This document shows, one piece after another, positions 29,120 to 39,539 of a DNA stretch of 64,000 bases. The notes below the pieces were generated by a model. It did not search any database. It had not been told where the DNA came from and was given only the letters and a program-made list of their open reading frames with translations. The DNA is from Chthoniobacterales bacterium (GTDB taxonomy: Bacteria; Verrucomicrobiota; Verrucomicrobiia; Chthoniobacterales; UBA6821). The stretch's first letter is position 1. Each line of letters starts with the position of its first letter. The DNA is taken from positions 3,787-67,786 of the forward strand of contig JAPJNA010000061.1 in assembly GCA_026461395.1 (NCBI GenBank), read 5' to 3'. A program made the translations under genes and the position numbers.

Positions 29120-29772
29120 TGAAAACACAGAATCCCACTCTCCTCGTCACCATTGGACCGACCCAGGAGCCACTCGACGCGATGCGCCTCATCAGCAATC
29201 GCTCGACCGGAGATCTCGGCACCCTGCTGGCACTCCGACTGATTGAATCCGGTCACTCAGTGATCGCCTTGCGGGGAGTCGGTTCGACGGCCGAATCCAC
29301 TGAACTCCTAAATCACTGCAAACAGGTCATTCCGTTTGCCAGCACTGCAGATCTGAAAGCCGTTTTGGAGAATCTTTCGGCCGAAAAGCTCCCAATCACC
29401 GGGGTCTTCCACGCGGCTGCCGTGAGTGACTTTTTCCTACCCTCTGCAGGAACAGGAAAAATCCCAACCTTCAACGGCCCTCTTACACTCACCTTGGAGC
29501 CGACCCCTAAACTCCTCCCCCTCATGCGAGGCTGGTTCCCCTCGGCCAAGATCACCGGGTGGAAATTCGAAGCCGCAGGTAAAAGGGAATCCGCTCTAGC
29601 TGCCGGGCTAAACCAAATGCAGCAGTGCGAGACAGATTCGTGTGTAGTGAATGGTCCCTCCTACGGCGAAGGATTCGGCGTGCTTTCAAAATTAGGGCAA
29701 CTCACGCATCTAGCGAACCGCGAAATGCTCTGTGCTTATCTGGTGGAGAGTTTGCAGAACGATCCAGAATAA
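29119..29772 (+). CDS. coaB: Stand-alone phosphopantothenate-cysteine ligase-like protein (CoaB/DFP C-terminal domain family)
   Basis: LLVTIGPTQEPLDAMRLISNRSTGDLG and FHAAAVSDF, with the LTLEPTPKLL pattern typical of CoaB. No CoaC flavoprotein domain. The start overlaps the upstream stop (TAATG). Confidence 0.65.
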   Translation: MKTQNPTLLVTIGPTQEPLDAMRLISNRSTGDLGTLLALRLIESGHSVIALRGVGSTAESTELLNHCKQVIPFASTADLKAVLENLSAEKLPITGVFHAAAVSDFFLPSAGTGKIPTFNGPLTLTLEPTPKLLPLMRGWFPSAKITGWKFEAAGKRESALAAGLNQMQQCETDSCVVNGPSYGEGFGVLSKLGQLTHLANREMLCAYLVESLQNDPE

Positions 29773-29831
29773 GTCTTTGCACTTGAATCTCCTTTCTTAA
29801 AAGCACGGGTCTCTCTAGACTCCGCGCACTC

Positions 29832-31703
29832 ATGATCGAAGACCTAAATCCCTACATCGACGCCGGTAAAATCACCGCCGCCGCCGCCGAAGCCCTCTCC
29901 AATCTCTCTCCTGGGGCATTCTGCACGCATCGCAGCTGGGGATTTGGCAAGATCGCCGGTTGGGAGTTGATCACGGGCCAGATCACGATCGATTTCGGCA
30001 CCAAGAAGGGGCACCCGATGCAGCTCCAGTATGCTGCGGAAACCCTCACTCACATCCCTTCGGAACACATCCTCGCACGTGCGGCGACCAATGCCGCAGC
30101 AGTCCGGGATCAGGCTGCTTCCGACCCGGTCGGGCTCATCCGTTCGATTCTTGCAGATCACGGGGGCCAGGCCACAGCCGACGAGATCGCGGCAACGATG
30201 GTTCCCTCCGTCTTCGATGAAACTGGCTTCAAGAAGTGGTTTGATGCCGCCAAGAAGAAACTTAAGACCGACGGTCACTTCCTAATTCCGACAAAGAAAG
30301 GGGAGCCAATTGTCCTCCAAGAGACCTCCCAGAATCCCCACGAACGCCTGATCGGCGAGTTCCGTGCGGCACGCCATCCGAAGGAGCAGGTCGCAGCTCT
30401 CGACACGGCACTCAAATCACTCAACGACTTCGCCAAGGAAGTGGAGGAACTCCGTTCCCTAGCCACCGAGGTCGAAGAGGCAGCCAAGCGAGGCGGCAGG
30501 ATCCACGCCGCCAAGGCGATCGAACTTCTGATCATCCGTGACGAGATTTGCGCTAAGCACGAATCCCTCAAGCCAGGGCCCGAGGCGGCCAGCATTGCGT
30601 CACTCCTGGCCGATTCCCCAGCCAAACTGACCGAAATTTTCACAGAAATCCCCGCCGCCAAGTATGGGCGAGTCCTTGAGGCATTCCCAATCGCCTTCCC
30701 CGAGAATTGGGAGGAGAAGGTGCTCCGTCTCACCCGCACCTCCGAGCCCCGCCTGAGCGGCGAGATCTTCAAACTCTTCGTGGCCCAGGGGAAGCGTGAG
30801 GCTTTTGCAGAACATACCCGTCGCTTGATTCGTGAGCGCTCCGCCAGCTCCGACTATGTTCTCTGGCTCTGTAAGGATCGCTCCAAGACCCTCCCCGAAC
30901 TCATCGACGAGGAGCTCTTTGCCGCCATTCTCGCGGCCATGGAGGCTGATCTCCATGCCGACATTAAGAGCAAACGTCTTGAGGAGTTCCTCTTCGAAGA
31001 TCGCGATCTCGTGGCCGACCTTCTTGGCAAGGCCGAACGCGACTCCGCTCGTCAGGCATTCCGCAAGATCATGCTCAGCCCCGTCTTTGCGGATCTGAAT
31101 AGGCGTTCCCTGCTAGCCCGCATCCTCAAAATCCATCCCGAACTCGAATCTATGGTCACCGGGGATCAAGAGGCACCCGCCGAGCGCGCCGAGAGTCTCG
31201 TCGTCTCTTGGGCCAGCCTTCAGCGTCGCAAGGAGGAGCTTGAGCACATCGAGAAGGTACTTATTCCCCAGAACATCCGCGACATCGCCACCGCCCGTTC
31301 CTACGGAGATTTGCGCGAGAACTTCGAGTTTAAGTCGGCCAAGGAGCAGCAAGCAGTTCTCAATCGTCAGAAGGGAGAGCTTGAGCTCATGCTCAATAAC
31401 TCCCGCGGCACGAACTTCGAGAATGTCGATATCTCAGCCGTTTCCATTGGCTCCGTGGTGACCGTGGAGCCATCGGGAGGCGGTTCCGCTGAAACCTACA
31501 GCATCCTGGGAGCCTGGGATGGGGTTCCCGATAAGGGCTGGGTCTCCTATCAGGCCGTCATCGGCAAAGCCTTGCTCGGTAAAAAGATCGGCGAGGTCAT
31601 CGATCTCCCAGCAGACAAAGGAATTCGCTCCATGAAAATCGTCTCGATCGAACCCTTTACAGACCTGGCCGCCCTGGGATCCACCGAGGGAACCACTTCG
31701 TAG
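29832..31703 (+). CDS. greA: Long GreA-family transcript cleavage factor (Gre domain in the last 160 aa or so, about 460-aa N-terminal extension)
   Basis: The C-terminus aligns by eye to E. coli GreA: YGDLRENFEFKSAKEQQ (coiled-coil tip), IGSVVTVEP...ETYSILG...VSYQAVIGKALLGKKIGEVI. The N-terminus FCTHRSWGFGKIAGWE...IDF...MQLQYAAETLTHIP is reminiscent of a CarD/TRCF-type RNAP-interacting domain. Confidence 0.8.
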   Translation: MIEDLNPYIDAGKITAAAAEALSNLSPGAFCTHRSWGFGKIAGWELITGQITIDFGTKKGHPMQLQYAAETLTHIPSEHILARAATNAAAVRDQAASDPVGLIRSILADHGGQATADEIAATMVPSVFDETGFKKWFDAAKKKLKTDGHFLIPTKKGEPIVLQETSQNPHERLIGEFRAARHPKEQVAALDTALKSLNDFAKEVEELRSLATEVEEAAKRGGRIHAAKAIELLIIRDEICAKHESLKPGPEAASIASLLADSPAKLTEIFTEIPAAKYGRVLEAFPIAFPENWEEKVLRLTRTSEPRLSGEIFKLFVAQGKREAFAEHTRRLIRERSASSDYVLWLCKDRSKTLPELIDEELFAAILAAMEADLHADIKSKRLEEFLFEDRDLVADLLGKAERDSARQAFRKIMLSPVFADLNRRSLLARILKIHPELESMVTGDQEAPAERAESLVVSWASLQRRKEELEHIEKVLIPQNIRDIATARSYGDLRENFEFKSAKEQQAVLNRQKGELELMLNNSRGTNFENVDISAVSIGSVVTVEPSGGGSAETYSILGAWDGVPDKGWVSYQAVIGKALLGKKIGEVIDLPADKGIRSMKIVSIEPFTDLAALGSTEGTTS

Positions 31704-31738
31704 AACTTCGGGCGCAACACTTGCTTGAACCGTTTTAA

Positions 31739-33058
<1,320 letters not shown>

Positions 33059-33068
33059 TAAATTGTTG

Positions 33069-33422
33069 ATGCAGGGTAGTCACGTCATCCAAACGAATTC
33101 AAATTCGCGTCGCCGCTCGCAGTCGGAATTCCTTCCGACAGCGATGCGCGTCGTTTTTTGTTTGATCGTTGCCTGTGCCCTACTGATCGCCGGATTCACC
33201 TTCTACCCGGAGTGGACCCGACTCTCCTCAATGAAGCATGATCTCGCTAGCCAGACTGCACGCCTCGAAGAGCTAAAGAAATCAACCGCTGAGCACGAGA
33301 AGGAGGTTCATTTGCTCCAGACCGACAAAGAGTATCTCGAGATGATTGCGCGCGATCGACTTGATCTCATGAAAGATGGAGAGACGATCTTCCGCCTGAG
33401 CAGCGCCAAATCGCGCTCCTGA
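33069..33422 (+). CDS. ftsB: FtsB/DivIC-family septum formation initiator
   Basis: One TM helix, then a coiled coil and DKEYLEMIARDRLDLMKDGETIF. Conserved eno-ftsB adjacency. Start uncertain (TTG 33063, ATG 33069 or ATG 33144). Confidence 0.7.
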   Translation: MQGSHVIQTNSNSRRRSQSEFLPTAMRVVFCLIVACALLIAGFTFYPEWTRLSSMKHDLASQTARLEELKKSTAEHEKEVHLLQTDKEYLEMIARDRLDLMKDGETIFRLSSAKSRS

Positions 33423-33436
33423 TTACTTCAGGCAAT

Positions 33437-33460
33437 AAAGACTCCTCCATCAGGAGTTTT
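33437..33460 (+). terminator. Rho-independent terminator after the ftsB-like gene (modest)
   Basis: ACTCCT (33441-46), loop CCATC, AGGAGT (33452-57), then TTT. Confidence 0.5.
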
Positions 33461-33605
33461 AATATGGAACTCAGGAACTCAGGAAAAATAGTGGGGCTTT
33501 TCGGATCACTAAGAATAGTCCATCTCATCGGGAAAAAACCTATCTCTCGGGATTTTCAGTATCCCATTTCAAGATTCTGTTCCTGATTTCCTGAGTTCCA
33601 TATTA
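33460..33605. repeat. 146-bp element bounded by 26-bp near-perfect inverted repeats (MITE-like, structured RNA or operator pair; unresolved)
   Basis: TAATATGGAACTCAGGAACTCAGGAA (33460-85) versus the reverse complement of TTCCTGATTTCCTGAGTTCCATATTA (33580-605): 25 of 26 match. Each arm holds two TCAGGAA heptamers. Confidence 0.7.
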
Positions 33606-33625
33606 TCATTTTTCCCTTCACTCTC

Positions 33626-34778
33626 ATGTCTTCAGAACAACAAATAGACCTCTCCCTTTTGGATGCCTCCGGGCTTGCCGACCGACTCGGCTCGCTCAGG
33701 AGGTTTCTTTGACGCTCCCGCATTAGCCGCCGAACTCGCGGCCATCGAAGGCCGCATGACAGAACCAGGATTCTGGGATAACCGCGAGGCGGCCCAGAAG
33801 GACATGGAAAAGGTCTCGTCCATCAAGGCGAAACTCGGCCCTCTTGGACAGTTGGAGCTGCGTGTCGGTGATCTTGAGATCCTCAAGGAAATGGCCATGG
33901 AGGATCCCGACCCCGCCGCGAAGGCTCAGGCCGCGGACGAAGTCTTCAAGGAATTCCATGCACTGACCGGCGAGATCGAAAGATTCGAACTTCAGCAACT
34001 CCTCTCCGGAGAGTTCGACAAGAGCAATGCCTACCTCACCATCAACTCGGGGGCGGGTGGCACCGAATCGTGCGACTGGGCTGACATGCTCATGCGCATG
34101 TACAAGCGCTGGATCGAGCGCAGTGACTTCACCGCCAGCGTTGTCGATATCCAGGAGGGTGATGAAGCAGGCATCAAGTCAGTGACCCTCGAAGTGACGG
34201 GAGATTTTGCCTACGGCTACCTCCAAGCCGAACGCGGCGTCCACCGTCTTGTCCGCATTTCTCCTTTTGACTCCGCAAAGCGCCGTCACACATCCTTCGC
34301 CAGCATCGATGTGACGCCGGAGATCAAGGATGCCCCCATCGAGATCAACCCCGCGGATATAGAACGCTCCACCTTCCGCTCAGGTGGCAAAGGAGGACAG
34401 AACGTCAATAAGGTGGAAACTGCCGTCCGCCTTCGCCACATCCCCACGGGAATTGTTGTTGCCTGTCAGGCACAGCGGAGTCAGGGAAAAAACAATGAAC
34501 AGGCTCTCCAGTTGCTCAAGGCTAAGATCTACCAACTTGAAGCCGACAGGAAGCGCTCAGAAATCGACCGCCAATACAGCGAGAAGGGTGAGATCGCCTG
34601 GGGCAGTCAGATCCGCTCCTATGTCTTTCAGCCTTATCAGATGGTCAAGGACCACCGCACCGGCGTTCAAACAGGCAACGTACAGGAGGTCATGGATGGA
34701 GCAATCGACCCCTTCATTGAAGCGAAACTGCGCGGTGTGAAGAAGGGGACGAGCAGCGACTCCGACGACGATCTTTAG
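33626..34778 (+). CDS. prfB: Peptide chain release factor 2, expressed through a programmed +1 frameshift at codon 29
   Basis: ORF0 is ATG 33626 ... CTT TGA (33707-33712), giving [28 protein letters not shown]. The +1 frame from GAC 33711 continues [13 protein letters not shown]... into the 371-aa ORF-track protein, with SPF and GGQ ([18 protein letters not shown]) motifs. Confidence 0.92.
33698..33713 (+). promoter_or_regulatory. prfB recoding signal: SD-like AGGAGG, 3-nt spacer, slippery CTT, TGA C
   Basis: AGGAGG TTT CTT TGA C has the same architecture as the E. coli AGGGGG TAT CTT TGA C. Confidence 0.9.
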
Positions 34779-34781
34779 TTT

Positions 34782-35279
34782 TTAAATCTCAATCTCGTCC
34801 CCACTCAGCTTTTCCATCCAGGACTGGGCGAAGTCCCAGAGATCAAGAAAGCCAGATTTATAGAAGTATTGGCTCAGGATCGGGTGGTGCTGCAGCAAAC
34901 GGAAGTAACCGCTGAAAATTTCCGTCTCTTCCCGAGTCAGTATCTTGGTGATCGTGACAGCATGGGCAATACGGTTCAGCACCTGGAAGAGCGCATCGAG
35001 GTCCTCTTTGATAACAACCTCGGCTTCCGTGAGTGAAACGCCTCCGGGCGCAAGCAGGTGCTCCAACCTTTTCTCAAGATCGGATTCTTTAAGAAAAGTC
35101 ACGGCACGTCCCATCGCGGGATTCTTTTCCAAAAGATCATGAAGTTCTGTTAGCAATGCTATCTTCTTTCTGAGAAGGGAACGACGCCCCCGATCCAGTC
35201 TCCTCAGGAGGGCGATAAGACCGCCACCGAAGACGACTAGGACCGACACAAGAGCCCAAAAGTCGATCAGACGTCGCAT
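34782..35279 (-). CDS. Hypothetical membrane-anchored helical protein
   Basis: N-terminal TM (FWALVSVLVVFGGGLIALL), basic stretch, helical remainder. No motif recognised. Confidence 0.45.
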   Translation of the reverse strand: MRRLIDFWALVSVLVVFGGGLIALLRRLDRGRRSLLRKKIALLTELHDLLEKNPAMGRAVTFLKESDLEKRLEHLLAPGGVSLTEAEVVIKEDLDALFQVLNRIAHAVTITKILTREETEIFSGYFRLLQHHPILSQYFYKSGFLDLWDFAQSWMEKLSGDEIEI

Positions 35280-35318
35280 GGGTTTGTTGGAGGGGCTCTA
35301 TGAGAGGGCTTCTGTCAC

Positions 35319-35726
35319 CTACTCTCCCGACTTCTTCACGGCATCGGCGATCACGGAGACACCCGACTGAGTGAGGGCGCGCTTCCAAGGGAGCATTCCC
35401 TCGATCTCGATCTCCAGCGAGAAGGAGAGAAATGTCCGGATCAGGACGATCACCCCGAGAATGATCACATTATTCATGGTCGGATCGACCGCCACGGTCC
35501 TGATGAGATCACCGGCCACCAAGACCTCCAGGCCGGCCAGGATACCGCCACCAAGCGTACGCCGCAGCACCGAGTAAGCCTTGGCACCATCGCCCGTCCT
35601 GCACCATGTACGGAGGGCAAGGAATGCCGCAAGCAAGAGTCCGGCGACAAGCACGGCCACGCCGATCCCATCGGCGACATGCACAATCAGTCTCAGAACT
35701 TTGGAATAGGTGTCAGGAGTTTCCAT
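35319..35726 (-). CDS. Small integral membrane protein (DUF1622-like)
   Basis: 135 aa, about 4 TM. The GILAGLEVLVAGDLIRTV pattern is remembered from DUF1622. Confidence 0.45.
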   Translation of the reverse strand: METPDTYSKVLRLIVHVADGIGVAVLVAGLLLAAFLALRTWCRTGDGAKAYSVLRRTLGGGILAGLEVLVAGDLIRTVAVDPTMNNVIILGVIVLIRTFLSFSLEIEIEGMLPWKRALTQSGVSVIADAVKKSGE

Positions 35727-35744
35727 AGATCAGATGCCTCTCTC

Positions 35745-36386
35745 TCACCTATTAGCCCACCACACCCTAAACTGTGCAAGTGCTCTGCTGCGATGGCTCA
35801 TGCTATGTTTGATCTCGGAGGAGAGTTCCCCAAATGTCTGCGTACACACTCCATTAATAAGAGGCATAAAGATAGGATCGTAGCCGAATCCCCCCTCTCC
35901 TCTCACTTCGTGGGCAAGAACCCCCTCCACGGTGCCATCGAAAACGGCCAGAGTGATGCCATTTTCCGCGACAGCCAGAACGCAGCGAAACCGGGCCGTT
36001 CGGACCTCATCGGGGAGGCCCTTCATCTTCTTCAAGACCAGAGCAGTATTTGCCTCGTCGGTACATTCAGGCCCTGCATAGCGAGCAGAGTAGATACCGG
36101 GCTCCTTCCCTAGCGCATCAACTTCCAGACCCGAGTCATCGGCCAGCACAATCCCTCTCACGTGACGGGAGATCCCCTCGGCTTTCAGCTTGGAGTTTTC
36201 TTCAAAGGTGATGCCCGTTTCTTCGATCTCCGGCAGATGTGCGTGCAGGGTCACATCGGTCACGATGACCCCCTCCCCGAGCATGGTCTGGATTTCCTGG
36301 GTCTTATGCTTGTTTCGGGTGGCCAGAAGAATCTCTGGTTTTTCGTGCCGACTCGGCTTGGCGGAAGGGATGTTTTCGGATTCCAT
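35745..36386 (-). CDS. rdgB: dITP/XTP pyrophosphatase (RdgB/HAM1 family)
   Basis: [49 protein letters not shown]. Confidence 0.9.
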   Translation of the reverse strand: MESENIPSAKPSRHEKPEILLATRNKHKTQEIQTMLGEGVIVTDVTLHAHLPEIEETGITFEENSKLKAEGISRHVRGIVLADDSGLEVDALGKEPGIYSARYAGPECTDEANTALVLKKMKGLPDEVRTARFRCVLAVAENGITLAVFDGTVEGVLAHEVRGEGGFGYDPIFMPLINGVCTQTFGELSSEIKHSMSHRSRALAQFRVWWANR

Positions 36387-36409
36387 GGATATTTCCTACT
36401 TCGACCCAG

Positions 36410-38980
36410 ATGTCCGTTACCCGCAAGAATTATCCTTTTCCCGAATTCGAAGCCCGTTGGCAGAAGCATTGGCTGGAGTCCGGAGCCTTCTGTGCTGCAA
36501 ATCCGGGAGATCCGAGTTTCCGCGCTGATGCCAAGAAGTACTACGTGCTCGATATGTTTCCCTACCCCAGTGGAGATGGTCTCCATGTCGGCCATGTCGA
36601 GGGTTACACAGCGACCGATATTCTCGCCCGGTATCACCGACTGAAAGGTGATAACGTGTTGCATCCGATGGGATGGGATGCTTTCGGTCTGCCAGCTGAG
36701 CAATATGCAATCAAGACGGGACAACATCCCCGGATAACGACCCAGCGGAATATCGACAACTTCCGCAGCCAACTCCAGTCGCTCGGCTTCAGCTACGACT
36801 GGTCGCGCGAGATCAGCACGACGGATCCCGAGTACTTCCGATGGACTCAGTGGATCTTCCTCCAGCTCTACAATGCCTGGGTGAACCCCATTACGAACCG
36901 TGCGGAACCGATCTCCACCTACACTGATGAGGATCCTGATAGCGTCCGACTGGCCTTTGTTTCTGATAAACCGGTGAACTGGTGCCCTGAGCTTGGAACT
37001 GTGCTAGCCAACGAGGAGGTCGTGGATGGCAAAAGCGAGGTCGGAGGGTTCCCGGTAGAGCGTCGTCCGATGCGTCAGTGGATGCTTCGGATCACGGCTT
37101 ACACGGAGCGTCTGATCGCCGATCTTGACGGTCTTGACTGGCCGGAGTCGATCAAACTGCTACAGCGCAACTGGATCGGTCGCAGTGAAGGTGCCGAGGT
37201 TCGATTTACCCTTGAAGGGTTCGAGGAGAGCGTCACTGTCTTCACAACACGCCCCGATACGCTCTTCGGCGCCACTTACTTGGTTCTGGCCCCGGAGCAT
37301 GAGCTCGTCGAGAAGATCACCGCCGCCACCCAACTCGAGGCTGTGGAAGCCTATCGGAAAGTGTGCAATTCCAAGAGTGATCTGGAGCGCACCGATCTGG
37401 CAAAGGAGAAGACCGGCGTACCTATCGGCATCTCCGCCATCAATCCTGTCAACAACGAGAGGATCCCAGTCTGGATTGCCGACTATGTCCTTACCGGATA
37501 CGGGACGGGTGCCATCATGGCAGTCCCTGCTCACGACGAGCGTGACCATGAGTTCGCAGTCACCTTCAACCTTCCAATCAGGGAGGTAGTCCGTCCAGAT
37601 AATGCTGCCGATGGCGGCTTAGCTGAAAAAAAAATCTGTTTTAGTGGCCACGGTACAGTTGTGAATTCAGGGCAGATCGACGGACTGCGCACGCCGGAAG
37701 CCAAACAAAAGATGATCACCTGGCTTGAAGAGCAAGGCTCAGGAAAAGGCACTATCACCTACAAACTGCGAGATTGGCTCTTTTCCCGTCAGCGTTACTG
37801 GGGCGAGCCCTTCCCGATTGTCTGGGAGAACGGCATCCACCGTCCACTCGACGCCAGTGAACTTCCCTTGGAACCCCCTGCGATGGAGGATTTCAAACCA
37901 ACTGGAACCGCGGAGCCTCCACTCTCAAAGGCCGTGGATTGGGTCCGATATTCCGAGACCGCTAGCCGAGAACTGAACACAATGCCCCAATGGGCCGGCT
38001 CCTGCTGGTACTACCTGCGTTTTTGCGATCCGAAGAACTCGGAGCACTTTATCGGCAAAGCAGCCGAGCAGTACTGGATGGGTGGAACTGCCGCTCCCGG
38101 TGGAGTCGATCTCTATGTGGGTGGTACCGAGCATGCGGTGCTTCACCTGCTCTATGCCCGTTTCTGGCACAAGGTTCTCTTCGATCTCGGACAACTCACC
38201 ACCCCGGAGCCGTTCCAACGCCTAGTCAACCAAGGGATGATCCTCGGAGATGACGGCCAGAAGATGTCGAAGAGCCGTGGTAATGTCGTCAATCCCGACT
38301 CAGTCGTCACCGAATATGGAGCCGACTCGCTCCGACTCTACGAGATGTTCATGGGCCCCTTGGAGCATGGGAAGCCCTGGAGCATGACCGGTGTCGAGGG
38401 GGTCTACCGATTCCTTGCCCGCGTCTGGCGCATGGCGATGACGGAAGATCAAGAGGGAAATTGGGTTCCCTCCGAGGATCTTGCGGAGCAGGAGTTGAGC
38501 TCAACCCAACGCCGCGTTCTGCATTCGACGATCAAGAAGGTCACTCAGGACATCGAGTCGCTCAGTTTCAACACGGCGATCTCGCAGATGATGATCTTCA
38601 CGAACGAGTTCACGAACGCGAAGCCCCGCCCCTTGGAAGCTCTTCGTCTCTTCCTACCATTGCTGAGTCCCTTCGCCCCTCACTTGGTTGAGGAGCTCTG
38701 GTCTCGCCTCTCGGCGAAGTTTTCGGGATTCGGAGGTCTCGCTTCCCAGTCGGCATGGCCCCCATGGAATGAAGAGTATCTCGTCGTTGACGAGATCACC
38801 TATGCGGTCCAGATCAATGGTAAGGTTCGCGGCCATCTGACAGTTCCAACGGGAGCCGATAAGGAGAGCGTCGAAAAGGCTGCATTTGCAGATCTGGCGC
38901 TCGCAGAGATCCTGGAAGGCAAGGAAGTGAAGAAAGTGATCGTCGTCCCAGGACGCCTGGTGAATATCGTGGCGGTCTAA
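36410..38980 (+). CDS. leuS: Leucyl-tRNA synthetase
   Basis: [18 protein letters not shown] (HIGH), [18 protein letters not shown] (KMSKS). 856 aa with a CP1 editing region. Confidence 0.97.
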   Translation: MSVTRKNYPFPEFEARWQKHWLESGAFCAANPGDPSFRADAKKYYVLDMFPYPSGDGLHVGHVEGYTATDILARYHRLKGDNVLHPMGWDAFGLPAEQYAIKTGQHPRITTQRNIDNFRSQLQSLGFSYDWSREISTTDPEYFRWTQWIFLQLYNAWVNPITNRAEPISTYTDEDPDSVRLAFVSDKPVNWCPELGTVLANEEVVDGKSEVGGFPVERRPMRQWMLRITAYTERLIADLDGLDWPESIKLLQRNWIGRSEGAEVRFTLEGFEESVTVFTTRPDTLFGATYLVLAPEHELVEKITAATQLEAVEAYRKVCNSKSDLERTDLAKEKTGVPIGISAINPVNNERIPVWIADYVLTGYGTGAIMAVPAHDERDHEFAVTFNLPIREVVRPDNAADGGLAEKKICFSGHGTVVNSGQIDGLRTPEAKQKMITWLEEQGSGKGTITYKLRDWLFSRQRYWGEPFPIVWENGIHRPLDASELPLEPPAMEDFKPTGTAEPPLSKAVDWVRYSETASRELNTMPQWAGSCWYYLRFCDPKNSEHFIGKAAEQYWMGGTAAPGGVDLYVGGTEHAVLHLLYARFWHKVLFDLGQLTTPEPFQRLVNQGMILGDDGQKMSKSRGNVVNPDSVVTEYGADSLRLYEMFMGPLEHGKPWSMTGVEGVYRFLARVWRMAMTEDQEGNWVPSEDLAEQELSSTQRRVLHSTIKKVTQDIESLSFNTAISQMMIFTNEFTNAKPRPLEALRLFLPLLSPFAPHLVEELWSRLSAKFSGFGGLASQSAWPPWNEEYLVVDEITYAVQINGKVRGHLTVPTGADKESVEKAAFADLALAEILEGKEVKKVIVVPGRLVNIVAV

Positions 38981-39024
38981 TTTCTTCCGAATCCTTTCAA
39001 TCTTCCCCAGCACATCATCATCTT

Positions 39025-39441
39025 ATGAAAATCCGCAACCTCCTCCTTTCCTGCTCCTTGATTTTATTGGTCTTCCAGCTCCGTGCCGACGAGGACACAC
39101 CACTTGAGAGGCAGATGCAGATCATGGCTCGGAGTATAAAACAACTCTCCCAGCAGGTGGGTGATTCCTCCAAACAGCAGGAAAGCATCCTACTGATCGA
39201 GACTCTCAAGAAGGCTGCTTATGAATCCGAGGGATTAAGTCCCCGCAAGACAGCCTCAATTCCACAATCGGATCGGGAAAAGTTTTTAGCCGACTACAAG
39301 TCTCAGATAGAAAAACTCTCTTCTGCCTTCAATGAGATCGAGGAGGCCGTGAAAGCTGAAAATTACGACCAGGCGAAATCTCTTCTAGCGGCCATCGGAC
39401 CAATCAAGAAAGAGGGACACTCCAAGTTCAAGCAGGACTAG
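39025..39441 (+). CDS. Secreted cytochrome b562-family-like four-helix protein
   Basis: Signal peptide. Mature part begins TPLERQMQIMARSIKQL and ends KKEGHSKFKQD, matching the spacing of the Met and His haem ligands of E. coli cytochrome b562 (from memory). Confidence 0.5.
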   Translation: MKIRNLLLSCSLILLVFQLRADEDTPLERQMQIMARSIKQLSQQVGDSSKQQESILLIETLKKAAYESEGLSPRKTASIPQSDREKFLADYKSQIEKLSSAFNEIEEAVKAENYDQAKSLLAAIGPIKKEGHSKFKQD

Positions 39442-39539
39442 AACCAATTTTCCAATTAGGACTGCTTAAGCAGCACTCATCAGATCAATCCTATAGCTAT
39501 TTTGAGCTATACAGTACAGCTTCCAGAGTTTCATCTCGA

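Noticed and set aside
33464-33586. A 40-codon ORF (MELRNSGKIVGLFGSLRIVHLIGKKPISRDFQYPISRFCS) inside the inverted-repeat element.
   Set aside because: It is short. Its start and end are dictated by the repeat arms themselves (the mirror arm encodes MELRKSG on the other strand). It has no recognisable motif. Conservation data would be needed before calling it.
33460-33605. The inverted-repeat element read as a CRISPR fragment or as 6S RNA.
   Set aside because: There is only one inverted pair, not spaced direct repeats, and no cas genes. The 94-nt interior shows only short local hairpins and no 6S-like extended imperfect duplex with a central bubble. It also does not sit next to the MTHFS (ygfA-type) gene, where 6S is often found. 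It is kept as an unexplained repeat instead.
39462-39473. A perfect 12-bp palindrome CTGCTTAAGCAG, and a nearby 7-bp AT-rich hairpin (39492-39511), in the convergent gap between the b562-like gene and hisA.
   Set aside because: Both are short single occurrences without a flanking T-run. They could be weak terminators or chance. Not enough to call.
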